Source: Tubiluchus corallicola
Taxonomy: Eukaryota > Animalia > Priapulida
Assembly: GCA_030141605.1 (NCBI GenBank)
Contig: JAQGDQ010000150.1
Coordinates: 430,493-494,492, forward strand
DNA: 64,000 nt
Direction: 5' to 3'
The translations under genes were made by a program, and so were the position numbers. Position 1 is the first letter of the stretch; the number at the start of each line of letters is the position of its first letter. Shown here piece after piece: positions 57,701-64,000 of the stretch. Under the pieces are notes generated by a model. That model did no database searches, was not told the DNA's origin, and saw nothing but the letters and a program-made list of their open reading frames with translations.

Positions 57701-60030
57701 CTCATCCCTGGATATTGAAGACCGCTCGCGCGTGTAGCATAAACGTCTTGCATGACCTGACAAAAATGTTCTGACTGCGATTGAGGCGACACACAATGAG
57801 GGGAATCTTTTTATGCAAAGTTGTATTACTTAGCATTCGTCGTTGCTATTCTTTACATGTTCCTTCTCACCTATCTTGTTTTGTTTACTTTATTTTTTAC
57901 TTTACCACTTGTTTACAATACGTTTAACACACACGCAATCATTGTCCAAAAAAGAAGTAGTTTTTGCCATGAAAATGTAAAATTCTTTAGCTCTGGGAGG
58001 GCGGGCAACCGCCCCTCCTGACCCCCGCCTCGTACGCCTACGAAGTCGTGAATGTAAGCATGAGTTTTGATCTAAAACTGAATAGTATCTAAAACTACCA
58101 AAGTACAATTTCTATTACCGCAGAAAGAGAGCTCTTCTTACCTTTAGTACAAAATCTGGTGGCGTCCCAGGCTTAACGGTTGGTCGAAGAACGCCATCGT
58201 GATGAGAGTGTATCAACGTCTCGTCTAAGTCTAAAACAAGCACTTTCCTGTGCACTATACCTATTATAATAGAAAACGAGTTAGGAGACACCGCAAAGAC
58301 CAAAACGAATTTACACGGGGAAGAAAAGAGAATTTTATGCATCCCAATGAACTTTCCGTACAAAGTTATATTACTTAGCATTACGCTTACCTGTTTGAAA
58401 GATTTGTGCAATTGGAAACCGAAATTCCTATTAATTTAAAGGACAAGAAAAGGTGTACCCGAAATACGTTTGAGAAAAATCGCCTTAAAAATTACACCAC
58501 TTTGCAGCAATTTTATGCTTATATCTTACTCGCACTGAAAGTAATTTTAGTTTGTTTTCATTTTAAATCTCCCGCAATACTGTTCCGAAGTCGCCATTAC
58601 ATGATGTCATGTACCAAACGTAAATGAAGGGAAGAGAAAGCAATGTTAAATTATATCTCAAAAGACTTTCCCAGTGTGCACCAATGATTCACTGAAAAAC
58701 ATAGTATTGATCTTACTAACAAGACAAAGTAATTTGTACATTCACTTAATTAATGAAGTGCACATTATGGATGTTGTAATTACTGTTTCAAATACAAGTT
58801 TTACACAGGGCTACTGTTAATGCAGGCTTAGTATGCAATAAGACGGCATGTAAATGATATAAAATTTCAAGACAAATTTTTTAACCGTTATTTGTGAAAA
58901 GTGTTCCCTTGTGCTTTAAAGGTTTCTAAACACGAACAAAATATCTCCACCTTCATTTTCTCTCTTTCTCTTGCTGTGTCGCACTCAGTCACTGTCTCTC
59001 TCTTTTCATCTCTCTCACATCTTTTCTCTTTTCTTTCTGGACTGCGGAAAAAACTTGGATTGGCACAGAAACGAAAAATGCCAACAAATGTCACAAGCAC
59101 ACCAACTAAGAACAGCATCACACTCTTACAATAATTAGCACGACGGTTATAAATCAGAGAAGGAGGCAGTGAAAAGTTATGGGACAAGCAGGACTCGAAC
59201 TCAGAACCTTGTGATTTTACGCAGCACAATCTATTACTTAAATTTCCACTGCAACAATTGAAAAACAGCAGCATCACATACTCACACAAGCCCCATGTCT
59301 TATTTACTGATAAAAATATTAGAGTACAAAATGGTTACTCAAGCTAGAAAAAATGTTTACTCACTAAGTCTATGCTTGGACAAGGGTGAAAGCGGTATAC
59401 TTTCATAACGAATTGTTTGGTGTTGAATTGCCTATGATAAAATAAAAAAAAATAATTACACTGAAACAGCAAATTTATAAAATCAGTATCTGTGCTACAA
59501 ATGGAATACTAAAACCGTTAAAACTGTTTCAACTGCCTTTATTATGCAACTGTAATAGTCACAATTGCATCTCACATAGTAATAGCCTATATCTTCAGTT
59601 GTCAACTAGGCTAGTTACCTATACTAATAATGGCAGGCTTACACTTTAGGCGGTTCTTTTTGACGGGTTTTCGTATTGTCCAAATCAAAAATACTGATGG
59701 GCTTGGTGTAATTTTACTACTGTGCTACAGTTTCTAGTGTTTACTACAATATCGAACATCTTGGCAAAGCGCCAAATCATGCTACAACCGATTCAGATTC
59801 ATTATAACTAATAATATTAGTAACACAGATATTAAAACGCTTGAGCACTCGACTAAAGTGCAATTATCAAATTATGATGGGAGAGTATCAACAGTAAAAT
59901 AAAAAAATAACACAATAATCACAAATCCTACCGCTCTGACAGCTTTCCTGAGCACGTAGCATAAAAACTGCCAAATTCTTGACGCAAACAGTATAAACGC
60001 CCGAAGGCCCATCTGAAAGTCTTTTATCAT
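51718..60030 (-). CDS. CTDNEP1: CTD nuclear envelope phosphatase 1 (Dullard), HAD/FCP-SCP family; terminal exon(s) not found
   Basis: Exons 60030-59932 ([20 protein letters not shown]), 59431-59365 ([22 protein letters not shown]), 58260-58142 ([26 protein letters not shown], DxDxT motif), 55707-55636 ([24 protein letters not shown]), 53608-53492 ([25 protein letters not shown]), 51829-51718 ([27 protein letters not shown]). All phases are consistent. The expected DNAIPI.SWF...DALRF exon(s) were not found. Confidence 0.95.
52993..53438. repeat. 56-59-bp GC-rich minisatellite, about 8 copies
   Basis: Unit gggaacctgtgtacagcctctgcgctgatttacc(acc)agaatttccgggaggacc, contiguous, no unique spacers. 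Confidence 0.92.
53663..54030 (-). mobile_element. 3' fragment of an RTE-like LINE with a duplicated tail
   Basis: Minus-strand [25 protein letters not shown], followed by a (GAT)n tail. The terminal ~85 bp occurs twice (about 53663-53730 and 53743-53815). Confidence 0.65.
54108..54592. mobile_element. hAT-family MITE
   Basis: 17-bp TIRs (c/t)agtgttgcttcggata and an 8-bp TSD gtttagat/gtttaggt (7/8 match). Confidence 0.85.
54835..55560. mobile_element. hAT-like MITE carrying a nested SINE
   Basis: 15-bp perfect TIRs tagtgatgggtgatt / aatcacccatcacta. Flanks cccagaga / (ca)gccagaga form an imperfect TSD. Confidence 0.75.
55200..55460 (-). mobile_element. tRNA-derived SINE
   Basis: The minus strand has a B-box-like gtgagttcgaacc followed by gggtcataccaaagactttaaaaatggtacc, a core typical of invertebrate tRNA-SINEs, and ends in an (ATT)n tail. 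Confidence 0.65.
55752..56300. repeat. 41-bp minisatellite, about 13 copies
   Basis: Unit cacaatcaagcttggtttcaaaaattcaacaattatgggca, head-to-tail. It explains ORFs 55863 and 56023, whose 41-aa period equals three units. Confidence 0.95.
58440..58670 (+). mobile_element. Second copy (fragment) of the TTAA|AGGAC Kolobok-like element
   Basis: Shares gaaaaatcgccttaaaaatta...cagcaattttatgc...ttttcattttaaa..ctcccgcaatactgttc with 42502-42700. Confidence 0.6.
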
Positions 60031-62457
60031 AAGTGAGAAACTAGCTGTGTGACAAACACAACCAGCAGTTTGGTTCGAAAGCGATGTTAGAAAAGCATAA
60101 ATCTGGTAAATCAACATGAAGCTCAAAACCGCAAGGTAGCTGACATACTTCCTTATACTATTGAGAACAAGAGTATTTGACGCATCGACAGTTTTAATAA
60201 ATGTTATTTTCTACGACACGTCTCAGTTAAGCGGTATCGTGCTTTTTTAGTCTGGCATCGCCACTGGCCAATAGAGGGGTAAGCATCGAACGTTAAAATC
60301 GAATTCTGCAAAATGAGAATTGAGACAATATTGGTGACAAAATACTATTTTAAAGACAAAACAATTTTACCTTTCAATCTTGTAATGTCAACTAGAAAGT
60401 TTTTACTTGTTAAAAGTCATCTTATAGTATTTATCATTGTGTTTCAAATATCTTTAGCATTTCTCTATAATGCCTATTATCAACCAGCAAGCAAAGATAC
60501 ATCATCTGCGCACATCATACAACACAGAACGTACACAGATTTCTCCAACATAAGAATCCAGACCAACACGCCTTACATCGGATGTAATATAGAATTTATC
60601 ACTTTTTGCGTTTTCTCATTTCACATAAATGCAGTGTAGAAATGCAGAATTTGTTGTACCGTTCTAATAAAATGCTAGTGAATCACCTTCGAATGCCCTT
60701 TTTTAAAAGTTTCGGAAATAATCTATCGTGTAATATTTTGGCAAACACCTTAATATCAGCGTCCTGAAATGATATAACACAACTATTCAGTTTTGTAAAG
60801 AAATTTGCATTTCCTTAATTACAAATGCATGAACTCGAGCAAAACTGGTTCAACATGGTGCAACCAAAATTCTATAAGCTAATGCGTTGCTCATACTAAA
60901 TTTTTAAAGACTATGGAGCCCTTTAGTATTTTTAGTACTAATATGGCATTATTAGTTTTTTCTTATTTTTCAAAACTATGGTACATGATATTCTTCCATT
61001 CAATACAGACTTTGTGGTGCTTGGAGGAGTTGCCACTTAATGATGTGATAATTGCGATTTTCAATTACGAATTTATGATATTGTTAGTTTAGCAGCAGGG
61101 CCATATTAAACTGTGCTGGTGCCTTGAGCACACCCTGCTTCGGCTCTCCTTTGTCTCATTGCACATTTTGCGGCTCAAAGCATTTACAACACAAATTATG
61201 CGATGCTATAAAAAAAACTTTCTTTGCTTTATGAAGGATTTGTGCCACTTAATTTCTTCATTAACTTCAAAATGAAACTTTAATTAAATAAATGAGTTAC
61301 AAAGAAGTAGGTTTGATATTTACCAACGTCAATAAAAGATGAGCATTTATAGCAAACGTTAAGGACAACTTAGTGAATTTGAAGTATAACATTCCCAGTC
61401 AGTAGATGGTAACACTTGTGCATACAAAAGAACTTGTTTTGACTAGCACAGATTTTTGTGTTCAAAAACTACAAATTTCGCTAACTCATATTAGATCGTA
61501 CACCATGTGGTGTTACTAAATGCTCTTAGGCCTGTCCACTGATGATCATTAATGTACAAGCATTGTACACAGTCTGTGCAAACAACTATTTTAACAATGT
61601 TTACTGGTTACAGTAATAAAAGCCATCAGCTTTTGTTGAAGCAAAATTATAGGCAGTGTACTATGCAATGTGTCAGCACTTTTCCAAACAAGAATCTTCC
61701 AAAATAAAACCTTCAGTCAGCGTAGCCAATCTTCCTGGTGGAAGCGTTTAATAGACCCACGTCATCATGTAGTTCCATTCTTGGTGTTTTCATGGAGCTA
61801 TATAGCCCCTTCCAGGAGTTCCACCAGATGCAGCAAGTTTTTTCTCTACGATTTTGAAAAAGTCTGGAGGTGGGTCTGGGAAAATGCAGGTTACAGGAAA
61901 CTGTGGCTCTCACACGAATTCTAAATGTGCCTACTACACCCACTGTTGAATGAGCTATCCAATCATTTTTAGAAAGAAGGGAAATTGTATAAATTTTGTG
62001 CAAGATGGGCAAAAAGGGCTAGTTTTGAGGTTTTTCGTCCCTCGTTTCTCGATAACACCGATAACATGTACATAGCTTGTATACCAGTATTGTCGTGTAC
62101 ATCAAAAACAGAAATATCAATACCTTGCTATTACATATCAAGTATTGATAAGATGCAATGCACTGATGTGAGAAACGACTCAGCCAAAGTATCTCAATCT
62201 CCCGTAACCCTTTACCTCACCTTTTGAACTGTGAAAAACGTTTATGGTGTGCAAGCCTTTATGCTTTATTAAAATTTTACTTCATTTTAGTTTAAATTTA
62301 TTTATCAATAACATTCATTTTTTGCAAGCTTGATGCCCTAAGCGCGTGCTTAGTTTGGTTATAAACTGCTTAGCAGAAGAAGTCGTGCAAAAACGCCGTG
62401 GGTGTCATTTTAGCTGCGTCACCAGGGAAAAATTTTCCATTTTATAGCACTTCCAGC
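60031..62457. promoter_or_regulatory. Divergent (head-to-head) intergenic/promoter region between CTDNEP1 and ubiquilin
   Basis: Inferred from the opposing start codons at 60030 (-) and 62458 (+). No specific promoter elements were identified. Confidence 0.5.
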
Positions 62458-63131
62458 ATGGCGGATGGTAATGAAGATTCCGGAGATCTAATTAATTTAG
62501 TTATTAAAACACCAAAAGAAAAGCACGATGTTAAAATTAGTCAAAACGCTACAGTTAAAGAAGTACGTATACCATAAAATTATATAAATGTTGTTGACTG
62601 TTGTGTCATCAAATTCCTGATGATGTACAGTTTGAGGTTATGCAATTGTATACATTTTGTCGCAATATTTTAATTATTGTGCTGTTTCACAAGCGACGAA
62701 CTGCTTTTGATGATTTTACAGTTGATTTTTTGATACTTTATTTTAATACAAATCAAACGTTAGATTATTATTTCTGAACTCGTTAAATTATTATTAGTTT
62801 AATAATAGTATAAACGTTATTTTTATTTTAATGTTATTAATTATTTAAATTTTTACATAATGAAAATACTCTTTTGAAACTAAGGTACTACTGTCAGCAA
62901 AAGCAAAAGTTTTGGTTTCTTAAGCTTAGTTGGATTTCTGTTTTATGTTACAAGATGACGTTAATATCATACTGGTGATATTTGCATAAAATTATATGTA
63001 ATGAAAATACGTTTTCTCATGTTTTCAGTTAAAAGAAAAACTCATACCACTTTTTAGTGCTACGTTGGAACAACTTTGCCTGATTTTCGCAGGAAAGATT
63101 CTAAAGGACCCTGACACCCTGACTCAACATA
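62458..63131 (+). CDS. UBQLN: Ubiquilin, N-terminal ubiquitin-like domain exons 1-2; the gene continues beyond the window
   Basis: Exon 62458-62562 (MADGNEDSGDLINLVIKTPKEKHDVKISQNATVKE|gtacgt) and exon 63029-63131 (LKEKL...LEQLCLIFAGKILKDPDTLTQH|gtaagt). VIKTPKEK and LIFAGKILKD are characteristic of ubiquilin/Dsk2. Confidence 0.9.
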
Positions 63132-63440
63132 GTAAGTTGAAACTTTCTGCTACTCTGCAGAGCAACAATTTAAAACTGAATGTACAGAAAAGCAAGACAT
63201 ATAGACATACATAGACATGGACATTTATTTTTACCAAATGTGTCACAAATTTCCATTTTACAAAAAAATAACTTTATCCGTGGAGATGGGGCGAGGAAGG
63301 ACCATAGGTCATCTAGTCACTCACCCCTTATAATTTAATATTGTAATAGCAGAAAAAAGAATTGATGACACTTGATGCAATTATTGTTAATATAAAATAT
63401 AAAAACAAACATAACAACAATGGCATATGTGAAAAAAAGA

Positions 63441-63580
63441 ATAATAATAAATGAAGATGATGAATAAGTATCACAATAATTAGTTATGAATTAAATAAAA
63501 TGATTGAAAAAAAGAATTATAATAAATGAAGATGATGAATAAGTATCACAATAATTAGTTACGAATTAAATAAAATGATA
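63441..63580. repeat. Tandem duplication with a period of about 75 bp in a ubiquilin intron
   Basis: ataataaatgaagatgatgaataagtatcacaataattagtta(t/c)gaattaaataaaatgat occurs twice. Confidence 0.85.
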
Positions 63581-64000
63581 ATAATGCACAGTTGTTTACA
63601 AAAGCTAGCAACTAGCTGTTACTAAATGGAACTAAGTATCGTTTATCATCATTGGCTAATTGAGATTATAAACAAGGTGATTTTATTTGTACCTGAAAAG
63701 ACAATGGTGATCATGCTGTCCTTGTCGGAATCCATCGTGTTGCTGGCTATGTCAATTAACATATTGGACAAAAGGAGCACAATTACTGCTACACATTTTA
63801 AGCAATGTCAGATATTACTTCTGGATGATGTTATTAATTTTAATGGATGTATATGTATGTGGATGTATGTATAGAACCAACAACAACAACCAGACATAAT
63901 GAATATATACCAAGACGTTGTAGAAGAAATATGGCGAAACATTTCATTAGCTATATGGGACCAGTCTTATGGAATAGACTAAGCCGCAATTCAAAATGTA

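Noticed and set aside
60031-60126. N-terminal extension of CTDNEP1 from an upstream in-frame start
   Set aside because: The ATG at 60030 matches the usual CTDNEP1 start position, and the extension has no recognisable similarity.

Overview
AT-rich metazoan (probably invertebrate) genomic DNA with four intron-rich genes, reconstructed here by hand from GT-AG junctions and intron phases. (1) The 3' part of VPS13B/COH1 on + (27 exons, 376-23966). (2) A type III Na/phosphate cotransporter (SLC20/PiT) on - (10 exons, 46463-27620). (3) CTD nuclear envelope phosphatase 1 (CTDNEP1/Dullard) on - (6 exons, 60030-51718). (4) The first two exons of a ubiquilin on + (62458-63131), head-to-head with CTDNEP1. 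Introns hold a decayed I/Jockey-group LINE, a 5'-truncated RTE LINE, an Academ-like relic, paired inverted Helitron-like elements, several MITEs, a SINE and many micro/minisatellites. The main oddity: I could not find the last CTDNEP1 coding exon(s) or the first SLC20 coding exon(s) anywhere in the window. The two remaining half-genes are on the same strand, 5.25 kb apart across largely repeat-derived DNA, and have matching phase-1 splice sites. One splice would give an uninterrupted 718-aa phosphatase-phosphate-transporter chimera. This could be a real fusion, a deletion allele or a mis-assembly at the RTE element. All family assignments come from motif recognition, not database searches.
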